From assembly GCA_012523135.1 (NCBI GenBank), contig JAAYJD010000106.1, positions 6,328 to 70,327 of the forward strand: a DNA stretch of 64,000 bases, given 5' to 3'. Below, piece after piece: positions 19,872 to 29,406 of the stretch. How positions within the stretch are numbered: the stretch's first letter is position 1; the number at the start of each line of letters is the position of its first letter. Both the position numbers and the translations under genes were made by a program. This stretch comes from Clostridiaceae bacterium (GTDB lineage: Bacteria; Bacillota; Clostridia; Saccharofermentanales; UBA5734). A model generated the notes under the pieces. It saw nothing but the letters and a program-made list of their open reading frames with translations. It made no database searches and had not been told where the DNA came from.

Positions 19872-21344
19872 ATGGGATTTGGAATGGATAACGATCACTT
19901 TGCGACCATCAAGGTCATTGGAATAGGCGGCGGCGGCTGCAACGCTGTCGACCGCATGATCAACGGCGAGGTTCAAGGCATCGAGTTTATTACGGTCAAT
20001 ACGGACAACCAGGCGCTGATGCGGACGAATTCCAGCAACCGGATCCAGATCGGCGAGAAGATCACCCGTGGTCTCGGCGCCGGCGCCAACCCTGAGATCG
20101 GCGAGAAAGCTGCCAACGAGTCGAAGGATGAAATCGCCCAGCTGATTCGCGGCACCGATATGCTGTTCATCACTGCTGGCATGGGGGGCGGAACCGGGAC
20201 CGGCGGCGCCCCGGTCATTGCCCAGATTGCCCGTGAACTCGGCATCCTGACGGTCGGCGTCGTAACCCGGCCTTTCCGTTTCGAGGGGTCGCGCCGCATG
20301 CAGAATGCGGAGCGCGGCATTCGCGAAATGGAAAAATACGTCGACTCCCTGATTGTTGTTCCCAACGACAAGCTGCTCGAGATCGCCACCGAAGACACCA
20401 CGCTCGACGAAGCGTTCACCCTGGCCGACCAAGTCCTCAAGTACGGGGTATCCGGCATCTCCGACCTGGTCGCGGTTCCCGGCCTGATCAACCTCGACCT
20501 GGCCGATGTCCGCCGCGTCATGACCCAGGCGGGCGTCTGCCACATGGGCATCGGCCGTGCGTCCGGCGAAGGCCGGGCCGCCAACGCCATCCGGCAGGCG
20601 ATCAACAGCCCGCTGTTGGATACGACGATTGACGGTGCGCGCGGCGTGATCATCAACTTTACCGGCGGGCGCGATATGCGGATCCGCGAGGTCGATGAAG
20701 CGGCCTCGATCGTCCGTGACGCCGTTTCGCCAGATGCGGACATTATTTTCGGCGCGGTCATTGACCCGGAAATGGCCGATGACATCATGATCACGGTCAT
20801 CGCCAGCGGCTTTGATCGCGAGATCGCACCGGCTGCCCAGAACCGGCCAGCCGCGGCCGCTGCCCCGAGCCGTCCCAGCCCCTTTGCGGCCAGGCCGCAG
20901 CCGGTTGAGCAGGTACGGGAAACGGAAAAGCCTGAGCAGCAGGATCCTGTCAAGCAGCCGGTCGACGAAGAAGTTGCCGAGATTCCCGATTTCCTGTCCA
21001 CGGCTTTTGCCCGCCCGCAGGAGAAGGAAAAGCCCGTCCGTCCCCAGGGGAGCGGAACCGGCTTCCACACGGTCGGCACCCAGTCGGAGACCGGTGCGGA
21101 CGACCAGACCCGGACCTTTGTCCCGTCATATCACAATCAGCAGCCCCGTTCAGCCGATGCTGCCGCCGCACCTGCGCCGCAGCCTTCCCAGGCCCGTCCC
21201 CAGCCAGCGGCCAATCCGGCCCGGCCGGCGCCTGATCCTGTCAACGACACGCCGGAAGAGGCCGAACCCAAGCGTGAGAAGCGTTCCGGACGCATTCTGC
21301 CCTGGTTTTTGCAGGATAACAACAGCCGTTCACAGGACTCGTGA
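19872..21344 (+). CDS. ftsZ: Cell-division GTPase FtsZ
   Basis: '[14 protein letters not shown]', the 'GGGTGTG' tubulin signature, a long P/A/Q-rich linker and a C-terminal 'RILPWFLQ' peptide. Start is uncertain: ATG 19872, ATG 19884, or TTG 19857 (8 nt after GAGAGGGG). Track start 19791 is unlikely. Confidence 0.9.
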   Translation: MGFGMDNDHFATIKVIGIGGGGCNAVDRMINGEVQGIEFITVNTDNQALMRTNSSNRIQIGEKITRGLGAGANPEIGEKAANESKDEIAQLIRGTDMLFITAGMGGGTGTGGAPVIAQIARELGILTVGVVTRPFRFEGSRRMQNAERGIREMEKYVDSLIVVPNDKLLEIATEDTTLDEAFTLADQVLKYGVSGISDLVAVPGLINLDLADVRRVMTQAGVCHMGIGRASGEGRAANAIRQAINSPLLDTTIDGARGVIINFTGGRDMRIREVDEAASIVRDAVSPDADIIFGAVIDPEMADDIMITVIASGFDREIAPAAQNRPAAAAAPSRPSPFAARPQPVEQVRETEKPEQQDPVKQPVDEEVAEIPDFLSTAFARPQEKEKPVRPQGSGTGFHTVGTQSETGADDQTRTFVPSYHNQQPRSADAAAAPAPQPSQARPQPAANPARPAPDPVNDTPEEAEPKREKRSGRILPWFLQDNNSRSQDS

Positions 21345-21412
21345 TGGGTTAGCGGCCACGGATCCGGGCGCCAATTTCCGGACTGGGCCCGACACAACGA
21401 GGAGGTGACGGG

Positions 21413-21880
21413 ATGCGCTGTCCCTTTTGCAGCCACGATGAAGACAAGGTGATCGATTCCCGCCCGGCAGACGATGGCGCGGCGATTCGCCGCCGCCGTG
21501 AATGCATCAACTGCGGGAACCGTTTCACCACGTACGAAAAAATCGAGAACCTGCCCCTGATGGTGATCAAGAAAGACGGTTCGCGTCAGCCCTTCAACCG
21601 GGACAAGCTGATTTCGGGCATCATGAAAAGCTGCGAGAAGCGGCCGGTGTCAACCGAACAGATCGAGTCGCTGGTGGATGCTATCGAGAGCCGCTACCAG
21701 AACAGCCTCAAGCGGGAGGTCCAGTCCAGGGAAATCGGGGAACAGGTCATGGAAGGGCTGAAGCAGATCGATGAGGTTGCCTATGTCCGTTTTGCTTCTG
21801 TCTATCGCCAGTTCAAGGATGTCAGCTCGTTCCTGCACGAATTGAATGAAATTCTCGGCAAGCAGGAGGAGATCCACTGA
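21413..21880 (+). CDS. nrdR: Transcriptional repressor NrdR
   Basis: '[17 protein letters not shown]...[12 protein letters not shown]' zinc ribbon plus ATP-cone. RBS GAGGAGGTG. Confidence 0.9.
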   Translation: MRCPFCSHDEDKVIDSRPADDGAAIRRRRECINCGNRFTTYEKIENLPLMVIKKDGSRQPFNRDKLISGIMKSCEKRPVSTEQIESLVDAIESRYQNSLKREVQSREIGEQVMEGLKQIDEVAYVRFASVYRQFKDVSSFLHELNEILGKQEEIH

Positions 21881-22590
21881 TGAAAAAAGCACTCATCGTC
21901 GATGACGACCCCAACATCAGCGAGCTGCTGCGCCTTTATTTCGACAAGGACGGATTTGCCGTCATCACCTGTCTCGACGGTGATAAGGCGGTTGAGACCT
22001 TCAACCAGACCAATCCGGACGTGGTCATCCTGGACCTGATGCTGCCCGGCCGTGACGGCTATGACATCATGCGCGACATCCGGCGCACATCGGATGTCCC
22101 GATCCTGATGCTGACAGCCCGCGGCGACACGCTGGACAAGGTCGTCGGTCTGGAGCTGGGCGCGGACGATTACATTCAAAAACCCTTCGAGCCCAAGGAA
22201 CTGATGGCGCGCGTCAAAGCGGTGCTGCGCCGCTATGAGAGCAGCAAAGAGCAAAAGCACGCCGCGGGGTCACGGGATGGCGCTGAAATCGCCGACTACC
22301 CCGGCCTGCGTGTTGACAAGTCGCGCTACACGGTCAGCGTCAACGACCGGGAGCTCGAGATGCCGCCCAAGGAGCTTGAACTCCTGTTTTTCCTCGCCAC
22401 ACACCCCAATCGCGTTTTTACGCGCGAACAGCTCCTGGAGAATGTCTGGGGCTACGACTTTTACGGCGAGTCACGCACGGTCGATGTCCATATCAAGCGC
22501 ATTCGCGAAAAACTGGAAGCGGCCGGACCGCATCCGTCCTGGTCGATCAAGACCGTCTGGAGCGTCGGCTACAAGTTTGAGACAGCCTGA
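21880..22590 (+). CDS. OmpR/PhoB-family response regulator
   Basis: Receiver domain ('IVDDDPNI...VILDLMLPGRDG...KPF') plus winged-helix output ('LELLFFLATHPNRVFTREQLL', 'VDVHIKRIREKL'). Confidence 0.9.
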   Translation: MKKALIVDDDPNISELLRLYFDKDGFAVITCLDGDKAVETFNQTNPDVVILDLMLPGRDGYDIMRDIRRTSDVPILMLTARGDTLDKVVGLELGADDYIQKPFEPKELMARVKAVLRRYESSKEQKHAAGSRDGAEIADYPGLRVDKSRYTVSVNDRELEMPPKELELLFFLATHPNRVFTREQLLENVWGYDFYGESRTVDVHIKRIREKLEAAGPHPSWSIKTVWSVGYKFETA

Positions 22591-22599
22591 CGGTCGGCC

Positions 22600-24111
22600 A
22601 TGGCACGGCGGTTGTTTTCCCGATCCATTTATGTCCGGACGATAGCCCAGCTGACGTTGGCCATCCTGGTTGTTTTCCTGGTCCTCAGCCTGGTCTATTA
22701 CGCCAACGTGTCGCGCAACAGCATGCTCCAGCAGGCCAATAAGCTGCTCAATGCCGCCCAGGTCATTTCCAGCGCCATCGCGATCAACCTGAACGCCGAC
22801 GGTGACATAGAAAATCCGCAGGTGAACAGCTTTGTCAACTTTACCGCCCGCTCCAGCGGTGCCATCGTCTGGATCATCAACTTCAGGGGCGAGATCATCC
22901 TGCAGACCGGGCTGCCTGCGGTCGTCCGCGAACGGCTTGAACGCTCTGAACGCGGCTATTTCGTCCTGCCCGACGACTACCTGCCGGCGAAAAGAAGCGG
23001 CACCTCCGGCATGACCGAAGGCGGTGATTTTTCCGGCCTGCTGGCTGACAGCGGTGCCTACTGGCTGTCGGCTGCCTATCCGGTTCCGACCGGGAATTTC
23101 GGGTATCGCGGCGAGATTCAGCTGCACATGCAGATGCAGGACGGCAACTTTTCGGCTTTCCTGATGACCAACGGCCTGATCGTCTCGTTCCTGGTCGCTT
23201 TCGCGATCGCCCTTTTGATCAACGGCATCATCTCACGCAACATCACCCGGCCGCTTCGCCTGTTGTCTGAAGCCGCCGAGAAGGTCACCCGCGGCGACCT
23301 GAGCGCACGGGTTGCGCTGCCGGGTGCCTCGCCTGACAAGCCGCGGCCGCATGGTTTGGTGACCGACGATCTGACCGTACTGGTCGAGACGATGAACAGC
23401 ATGCTGGACAAGCTGGCCAACCAGGAGCGTGACCGCAAGGATTTCATCTCCAGTGTCTCACACGACCTGCGTACCCCAATCACCACCATCCGGGGCTTTG
23501 TCGAAGGCATGCTCGACGGGACGATTCCGCCAGATCGGGCGCCGCACTACCTGGAGATCGTCAAGCAGGAGGTGCTGCGCCTGCAGACGCTTGTCAACAC
23601 CATGTTCGAGGGCACCGTGCTGGAAAGCGCGCAGAAGGTCAACCAGACGGTTTTCGACATCAACCAGGTCATCAAGGAGGATATCATCGGCCTGGAGTCG
23701 CTGCTGGCCGAAAAGCGGCTCGATGTCCAGACCGAGTTCATGGGTGACGACAACGGCCGTCTGCTGGTGCTCGGCGACCGTGAGGCGATCAGCCGCGTCG
23801 TGTACAACATCGTATCCAACGCCATCCGCTATACGCCGGCCGACGGCATCATCGCCCTGACGACGCGCAAGTCCGCCCGGCACAAGGAGATCGAGGTCGT
23901 GGTCGACGATTCCGGCCCTGGCATCCCCGAGCAGGAATACCCGTACATTTTCGACCGCTTCTACAAGGTCGACAAGTCGCGCACATCCAAGGGTTCCGGA
24001 CTCGGATTATACATCTGCCGCACCATCCTGGCGGCGCATGGCCAGAAGATCAGGGTGGCGCGCAGCGACCTGGGCGGAGCGCGCTTCATCTTCACACTGC
24101 AGAGCCCGTGA
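22600..24111 (+). CDS. Sensor histidine kinase (two TM helices, periplasmic-type loop, HAMP, HisKA, HATPase)
   Basis: H-box 'SSVSHDLRTPIT', N-box 'NIVSNAIRYTP', and G-boxes 'DDSGPGIP' and 'GSGLGLYI'. Confidence 0.85.
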   Translation: MARRLFSRSIYVRTIAQLTLAILVVFLVLSLVYYANVSRNSMLQQANKLLNAAQVISSAIAINLNADGDIENPQVNSFVNFTARSSGAIVWIINFRGEIILQTGLPAVVRERLERSERGYFVLPDDYLPAKRSGTSGMTEGGDFSGLLADSGAYWLSAAYPVPTGNFGYRGEIQLHMQMQDGNFSAFLMTNGLIVSFLVAFAIALLINGIISRNITRPLRLLSEAAEKVTRGDLSARVALPGASPDKPRPHGLVTDDLTVLVETMNSMLDKLANQERDRKDFISSVSHDLRTPITTIRGFVEGMLDGTIPPDRAPHYLEIVKQEVLRLQTLVNTMFEGTVLESAQKVNQTVFDINQVIKEDIIGLESLLAEKRLDVQTEFMGDDNGRLLVLGDREAISRVVYNIVSNAIRYTPADGIIALTTRKSARHKEIEVVVDDSGPGIPEQEYPYIFDRFYKVDKSRTSKGSGLGLYICRTILAAHGQKIRVARSDLGGARFIFTLQSP

Positions 24112-24170
24112 TGCGGGCTTGTTCATAGTGCATTCACTTTTTTTCGCTAAAATGGGAAGTACCTTTCCGG

Positions 24171-25514
24171 ATGGGAGGCTTTTGGTTGAAGACAAGAACG
24201 AAATGGATTGCGGGTATGATTGCCCTGGTTCTGTTTTCCGCGATTGCAGCTTCGCTGCTGACCGCGGCTTTTCTGGTCCGTTTTTTCCGGACCGGCAAAA
24301 CCTGGCCCTTGCTGGCCCAGTTCGCCGGCCTGGAGAGCCAGCCGGCCGTGTCGCTGACTCCGTTCCCGGATGTGACAACCGGACCGGGGCCAACCCTGAC
24401 ACCCAGGCCAACGGCAACGCCGACACCCAGGCCGACGGCATCGCCGACGCCCAGCTTGTCGCCCACGCCGCCGGCAAACCCGTCCCCGACGCCGGCCGTG
24501 CAGAACGCGTATGAAACGCTGACCTTGTGGCAGACGCGCCAGCTGGTCCAGCAGATTTATGACCTGATCCGGCCTTCCGTGGTCGGCATCCGGGTGGAGG
24601 TGCCTGCCAGCGGTGCCCAGACGACCCGGACAAACGAAGCCAGCGGCCTGATCATCGATGACCAGGGAATCGTCGTGACCAGCGCCTCCGTCCTCTCGAT
24701 TGCCATCGACAAGCAGGGCCGTATCCTGCCTGAAGCGCACATTCAGGTCTTCCTGAACGGGTCCGACAGCCCGCTGCGGGGACGCGTCATCGGGCGCGAC
24801 ATCGTGACCGGACTGGCGGTCATCGACCTATCCGAGGACGCCGGCAAGCGCATTTTCCAGGCGGCGCCTCTGGCCGCAAGCTCCGACCTGCGGGTCGGTC
24901 AGATGATCCTGGCCGTCGGGTTCCCCGACCTGCTCAGCGAGGCCGGCAGCCTGTCCAGCGGCCTGATCAGCTTGGTCAAGCGGAGCGTCATCCTGGAGAA
25001 CGGCACTGAAGTGCAGATGATCATGACGAACCTGCCGGCCGCAGGCTTCTGCACAGGCGCGCCGCTGCTCAATTTACAAGGCGAGGTAATCGGCCTGGCC
25101 AACTGCGGCTTGGCCCGTGACGCCTACGAGACGCAAGCCTATGCGCTGCCGACCAGCGCCATGCTGGCTGTCGTGCGGGACATCATGCGCGACAGCGAAC
25201 CCGCCGCCGCGAAAGCCTGGCTCGGCCTGACCGTGCTGAAGCAGGACAGTTTCCTGGAACTGCAGCGCCTGTACCGCTTTCCGGACGGCCTTTATGTCAG
25301 CAGCGTGGTCGCGGACAGCCCGGCTTACGCGGCCGACCTGCGCAAGGGCGACATCATCACGGCGATCAACGACCAGCCGGTCGAGGACGTGGCGGACCTG
25401 AGCGCCTTGCTCAAGGATGCCGAACCCGGAGCAGCGCTCCGACTGAGCGTCTTCCGCAAGGCGAGCAACCAGACGCTGGAGATCCTGGTCTACCTGCAGG
25501 AGCTGATCCGATGA
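24171..25514 (+). CDS. Membrane-anchored HtrA/DegP-like protein with PDZ domain; catalytic triad positions substituted (probable pseudoprotease)
   Basis: N-terminal TM, Pro/Thr-rich linker, trypsin-fold region and a C-terminal PDZ ('GLYVSSVVADSPAYAADLRKGDIITAIND'). By-eye alignment to HtrA motifs gives TNNHV -> 'TSASV', TDLAV -> 'TGLAV' and GNSGGP -> 'FCTGAP'. TTG 24186 (after GGGAGG) is an alternative start. Confidence 0.8.
   Translation: MGGFWLKTRTKWIAGMIALVLFSAIAASLLTAAFLVRFFRTGKTWPLLAQFAGLESQPAVSLTPFPDVTTGPGPTLTPRPTATPTPRPTASPTPSLSPTPPANPSPTPAVQNAYETLTLWQTRQLVQQIYDLIRPSVVGIRVEVPASGAQTTRTNEASGLIIDDQGIVVTSASVLSIAIDKQGRILPEAHIQVFLNGSDSPLRGRVIGRDIVTGLAVIDLSEDAGKRIFQAAPLAASSDLRVGQMILAVGFPDLLSEAGSLSSGLISLVKRSVILENGTEVQMIMTNLPAAGFCTGAPLLNLQGEVIGLANCGLARDAYETQAYALPTSAMLAVVRDIMRDSEPAAAKAWLGLTVLKQDSFLELQRLYRFPDGLYVSSVVADSPAYAADLRKGDIITAINDQPVEDVADLSALLKDAEPGAALRLSVFRKASNQTLEILVYLQELIR
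24399..24455 (+). repeat. Imperfect 24-bp tandem repeat (2.4 copies) encoding the TPRPTA(T/S)P linker
   Basis: ACACCCAGGCCAACGGCAACGCCG (24399-24422) and ACACCCAGGCCGACGGCATCGCCG (24423-24446), then partial ACGCCCAGC. Lies inside the HtrA-like CDS. Confidence 0.6.
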
Positions 25515-26170
25515 GCGATACCGGACCCCAAAAGCCCGGCGCGTTGCGCGAGCAGGGCGCCGCCGTGGTTCGGCTGCTGCGCCAGACATATCCTCAAGCC
25601 ATCTGCACACTGGAGCATGCGGAACCCTGGCAGCTGCTCGTGGCGGCCATCTTGTCTGCCCAGTGCACCGACGCGCGGGTCAACCTGATCACGCCGGCTT
25701 TGTTTGCCCGCTATCCTGACGTCCGGGCGATGGCTGAAGCCGACCAGGCAGACGTTGAAGGCCTGATCCGCAGCTGCGGGCTGTTTCGCACCAAGGCGCG
25801 CTCGATCATCGCCAGCAGCCGCGAGATCGCGACGCATTATGCCGCCAGGGTGCCGGCCTCGCTCGGGGAGCTGACCAAGCTTCCGGGTGTCGGACGCAAG
25901 ATCGCCAACCTGATCCTGGGCGATGCCTATGGGGTCCCCGCGATCGTCGTCGACACCCACTGCGCCCGAATCTCCAACCTGATCGGCCTGACAGACCACA
26001 CGGATCCTGTCCGGATCGAGCAGGATCTTGCCGCGGTTCTCGATCCGGCCGACTGGATCGATTACGGTCACCTGATGGTTGAGCATGGCCGCACCTTGTG
26101 CGTGGCCCGCCGGCCTGACTGCGCCCGCTGCCCGCTGGCTCCCCACTGCCGTTATGCCGCCCGATCCTGA
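25511..26170 (+). CDS. nth: Endonuclease III (DNA glycosylase/AP lyase)
   Basis: 'LVAAILSAQCTDARVN', HhH 'LPGVGRKIANLIL' and the C-terminal Fe-S motif 'CVARRPDCARCPLAPHC'. Confidence 0.9.
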   Translation: MSDTGPQKPGALREQGAAVVRLLRQTYPQAICTLEHAEPWQLLVAAILSAQCTDARVNLITPALFARYPDVRAMAEADQADVEGLIRSCGLFRTKARSIIASSREIATHYAARVPASLGELTKLPGVGRKIANLILGDAYGVPAIVVDTHCARISNLIGLTDHTDPVRIEQDLAAVLDPADWIDYGHLMVEHGRTLCVARRPDCARCPLAPHCRYAARS

Positions 26171-28277
26171 AACCAAACCCGTCAAGCAGTTCCTGTGGCA
26201 GCAGCCGGTTAAAATGCTGCCGGGTGTTGCCGCGCGCCGGGCCACCCAGCTGAATAAGCTGGGCATCGAAACCTGGTTTGACCTGCTCTGCTGGTTTCCG
26301 CGCGACTATGAGAACTGGGCCGACCTGGTCCCGCTGTCCGAGCTGGCCGATGGACAAGAGCAGACCTTTCAGGCAACTGTTTTGCAAAAACCCAGCTTGA
26401 ACCGCAAGGGCCGCCTCTCGATGCTGCGCACCGTACTGGGCGACGGACCTTTGCGTGTCGCGGCCATCTGGTTTAACCAGCCCTGGCTGGCCGACAAGCT
26501 GGCTGTGGGCATGGTTTGCCGGTTCCATGGCCTGATCAAGCGCGCCGGGCGGACGTTCCAGGTGCAGAACCCGGCTTTCGAACCGGTCGGAAACCCGGAT
26601 GAGGCAGATCCCACCTTTGGCTACAAGCCTGTTTACCGGCTGACGGCCGGCATCAACCAAGGCGTGATGCGCCAGTTGATCCAGTCTCTCCTGACCCGGA
26701 CGTCCGGCAATCTGCCCGAGCCCCTGCCGGCCTGGCTGCGCCGCCGCTTCAAGCTGTGTGCGGCCGACTTCGCCTACAGCCGGATTCACCAGCCGGCGGA
26801 TGAGCACGACATCGAGCTGTGCCGGCGTCGGATCGGCTTTGAAGAGCTCTTCTTGCTCCGCACCGGTCTTTGGCTGCTGCGCCGCCACCGAAGCCAGGAA
26901 GCCCATGCGCTGGCACTTGAACCCGACGCGACGGCCCGGACGGCGCTGGAGGCCTTTCTGGACCGGCTTCCCTTCGAACTGACCGGTGCCCAGCGCCGGT
27001 CGTGGCAGGAAATTCAAGCCGACCTGGCCCGTTCGCATCCGATGAACCGGCTGCTCCAGGGGGATGTCGGGTCCGGCAAAACGGTGGTTGCGGCCCTGGC
27101 CATGCTCGCCTGCACCCTTGGCGGCGCCCAATCGGCCTTGATGGCGCCCACGTCGATCCTGGCACGCCAGCACCACCAGACGCTGTGCCGGATCCTGGAG
27201 GGCAGCGGACCGGCGCCGGTGCTGCTGACCGGCGCCACCCGGGCTGCGGAAAAGCGTGACATCCTGGCCGGGCTGGCCGACGGCAGCATCCGGATGGTTG
27301 TCGGCACACACGCCCTGCTGGAGGATGTGGTTGTCTTCCAGCGCCTGGCCCTGACGATCACCGACGAACAGCACCGTTTCGGTGTCGGCCAGCGCCGCCG
27401 CCTGGGCCAGTTCCAGGATAGCGGGGACAGCATTCAGCCGCATGTGCTGGTGATGTCCGCGACGCCGATCCCGCGTTCGCTCGCGCTGGTGCTCTACGGC
27501 GACATGGATGTCTCGCTGATCGACGAGCTGCCGGCCGGCCGGAGTCCGGTCGCCACGTATACTGCCGCCAGCCGCGACCGTCCCAGAATCGAGCAGCTGA
27601 TGCGGCGCACGGCCGGCGAAGGCCGTCAGGTCTATGTTGTCTGCCCCATGATCGAGGAACAGGAGGCCCTGGATCTCGAATCCGTAACCGCGGTCTACAA
27701 CCGCCTGGCCCAGCAGGTGTTTCCAGATTTCAAGGTCGGGCTGCTGCATGGCAGCTTGCGCCAGGCGGTCAAGGATGAGGTCATGGACGATTTTATGGCC
27801 AACAAGCTGCAGATCCTGGTCAGCACGACGGTCATCGAAGTCGGGGTCGATAATCCCAACGCCACCCTGATGGTGATTGAAAACGCGGAACGCTTCGGCC
27901 TGGCCCAGCTGCATCAGCTGCGCGGCCGGATCGGCCGCGGCGCGCACCGTTCCCTGTGTGTCCTGATCAGCGATAGCAACGATGACCTGGGCCGCAAACG
28001 GCTCAGGGCGATCTGCCATGCGGCAGATGGGTTTGCCGTTGCCGAGCAGGATTTGCAGCTGCGCGGCCCGGGCGATTTTTTCGGGACCCGCCAGCATGGC
28101 CTGCCACCCTTGCGGATGGCAAACCTCTACCGGGATACGGCCCTGATGTACGAGGTGCAGCAAGGCCTGGAAACCATGGTCCGGGAAGATCCCGACCTGC
28201 AAGACCCGGAACACAGCCGCCTGCGCGCCCAGATCGTCAGCCGCTATTCCGACGTTTTCCGGAACATCGGGCTGTAG
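26154..28277 (+). CDS. recG: ATP-dependent DNA helicase RecG
   Basis: Wedge-domain N-terminus, Walker A 'GDVGSGKT', 'DEQHRFG' and 'QLHQLRGRIGRG'. ATG 26154 was chosen because track start 26079 lies well inside nth. Confidence 0.9.
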   Translation: MPPDPETKPVKQFLWQQPVKMLPGVAARRATQLNKLGIETWFDLLCWFPRDYENWADLVPLSELADGQEQTFQATVLQKPSLNRKGRLSMLRTVLGDGPLRVAAIWFNQPWLADKLAVGMVCRFHGLIKRAGRTFQVQNPAFEPVGNPDEADPTFGYKPVYRLTAGINQGVMRQLIQSLLTRTSGNLPEPLPAWLRRRFKLCAADFAYSRIHQPADEHDIELCRRRIGFEELFLLRTGLWLLRRHRSQEAHALALEPDATARTALEAFLDRLPFELTGAQRRSWQEIQADLARSHPMNRLLQGDVGSGKTVVAALAMLACTLGGAQSALMAPTSILARQHHQTLCRILEGSGPAPVLLTGATRAAEKRDILAGLADGSIRMVVGTHALLEDVVVFQRLALTITDEQHRFGVGQRRRLGQFQDSGDSIQPHVLVMSATPIPRSLALVLYGDMDVSLIDELPAGRSPVATYTAASRDRPRIEQLMRRTAGEGRQVYVVCPMIEEQEALDLESVTAVYNRLAQQVFPDFKVGLLHGSLRQAVKDEVMDDFMANKLQILVSTTVIEVGVDNPNATLMVIENAERFGLAQLHQLRGRIGRGAHRSLCVLISDSNDDLGRKRLRAICHAADGFAVAEQDLQLRGPGDFFGTRQHGLPPLRMANLYRDTALMYEVQQGLETMVREDPDLQDPEHSRLRAQIVSRYSDVFRNIGL

Positions 28278-28298
28278 CCGGTTCGGGGAGGGAAGGCG

Positions 28299-28889
28299 AT
28301 GCCACGCATTATATCCGGAACGGCGCGCGGGACGCGCCTGCAGGCCCCGCACGGTGAGAAGACGCGGCCGACTGCGGATCGGGTCAAGGAAGCTTTGTTC
28401 TCCATTCTGCAGGCCGAATGGCCGGTGGACGGCTTTCTCGATTTGTTTGCCGGGACTGGCCAGATCGGCCTGGAAGCGGCCTCGCGCGGCGCCAGCCGCG
28501 TCGTGCTGGTCGAAAAGGACCGGACCTGCCTGGCGATCATCCGCGAGAACATCCTGCGCACGCACCTGGAGGCGCAGGTTTGCCTGCTGGGCCAGGATGC
28601 CGGCCGGGCCCTGGCCGGGCTGGCAGAGCCGTTCGGGATCATCTTCGCCGATCCGCCCTACCGCCAGTGCCAGACCGTGACCGGCCGGCTGGCCGCGGAC
28701 CTGGCCCGGCTGCTGGCGCCCGGCGGGCGCCTGATCCTCGAGCACGACAGCCGGGATCCGGCCCCGTCATTTGTAACCAATTTGCAACTTGAGCGATGTT
28801 GCCAGTATGGAACGGCAATGCTATCATTTTATAGAAGGGCGCCTGACGGCGTTCCCATGTTGTGCCAAGAGGAGAAAGGCGGTGATTGA
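28299..28889 (+). CDS. rsmD: 16S rRNA (guanine966-N2)-methyltransferase RsmD
   Basis: 'RIISGTARGTRL', 'RPTADRVKEALFSIL' and 'FADPPY' motifs. RBS GGGGAGGGAAGG. Confidence 0.85.
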   Translation: MPRIISGTARGTRLQAPHGEKTRPTADRVKEALFSILQAEWPVDGFLDLFAGTGQIGLEAASRGASRVVLVEKDRTCLAIIRENILRTHLEAQVCLLGQDAGRALAGLAEPFGIIFADPPYRQCQTVTGRLAADLARLLAPGGRLILEHDSRDPAPSFVTNLQLERCCQYGTAMLSFYRRAPDGVPMLCQEEKGGD

Positions 28890-28899
28890 GGTGCGCACC

Positions 28900-29400
28900 A
28901 TGATCTATCCCGGTACGTTTGATCCGCTGACAAACGGCCACCTTGACATCGCCCGCCGTGCGGTCCGCCTGTGCGACCGCCTCGTGGTTGCCGTCCTGAT
29001 CAACAGCGCCAAGCAAACGGCGTTCAGCGCGGCCGAACGCGCGGACATGGTTCAAATCGCTTTGCAGGATCTGCCTGCGGTCCATGTCGTCCGCTTCGAT
29101 GGCCTGCTGGTCGACCTGTACCGTCGTGAAGGGGCCTGCGCCGTCGTTCGCGGCTTGCGCAGCGAGTCTGATTTCCGCTTCGAAGCCGAAATGGCAGCCG
29201 CCAACAAGCTGTTGCTGCCCGCGTATGAAACCTGCCTGCTGCCCTGCCGGATCGATCTGGCCTTCACGAGTTCGTCAATTGTCCGGGAAGTCGCCTCTTT
29301 CGGCGGGGATATTTCCGGCATGGTGCCAGCCGCGATCATCGGCAGAATCCAGGGCCGATTCGTGGGTAGGCGCAGCCAACAAAAACTGGAGGATGACTGA
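28900..29400 (+). CDS. coaD: Phosphopantetheine adenylyltransferase
   Basis: 'IYPGTFDPLTNGHLDI' (HxGH-type motif) and 'SSSIVREV'. GTG 28882 (7 nt after GGAG) is an alternative start. Track start 28789 overlaps rsmD. Confidence 0.9.
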   Translation: MIYPGTFDPLTNGHLDIARRAVRLCDRLVVAVLINSAKQTAFSAAERADMVQIALQDLPAVHVVRFDGLLVDLYRREGACAVVRGLRSESDFRFEAEMAAANKLLLPAYETCLLPCRIDLAFTSSSIVREVASFGGDISGMVPAAIIGRIQGRFVGRRSQQKLEDD

Positions 29401-29406
29401 ACCGTC

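Noticed and set aside
20800-21344. Pro/Ala/Gln-rich low-complexity region at the 3' end of ftsZ, together with overlapping ORFs (20812..21408 +, 21137..21436 -). It was considered as a separate gene.
   Set aside because: It is continuous in frame with the FtsZ GTPase core and ends in a conserved-type C-terminal peptide (RILPWFLQ). This is the usual disordered linker of FtsZ.
24399-24455. 24-bp tandem repeat considered as a possible CRISPR-like or VNTR element.
   Set aside because: It has only ~2.4 imperfect copies and no spacers. It is in-frame inside the HtrA-like CDS, where it encodes a Pro/Thr-rich linker (TPRPTATP/TPRPTASP), so it is ordinary low-complexity coding sequence.
25806-28745. 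Very long antisense ORFs opposite real genes. Examples: 979 aa at 25806..28745(-), 751 aa at 38058..40313(-), 699 aa at 61587..63686(-), 553 aa at 59954..61615(-) and 523 aa at 55890..57461(-). Others are 435/434 aa at 2010..3317(-) and 3428..4732(-), 408 aa at 9404..10630(-), 422 aa at 49334..50602(+) and 389 aa at 50556..51725(+).
   Set aside because: Their products are low-complexity Arg/Ala/Gly/Pro/Gln-rich strings with no recognisable motifs. Each lies fully opposite a gene with clear family signatures. High GC3 content is known to suppress stop codons on the opposite strand, so these are shadow ORFs.
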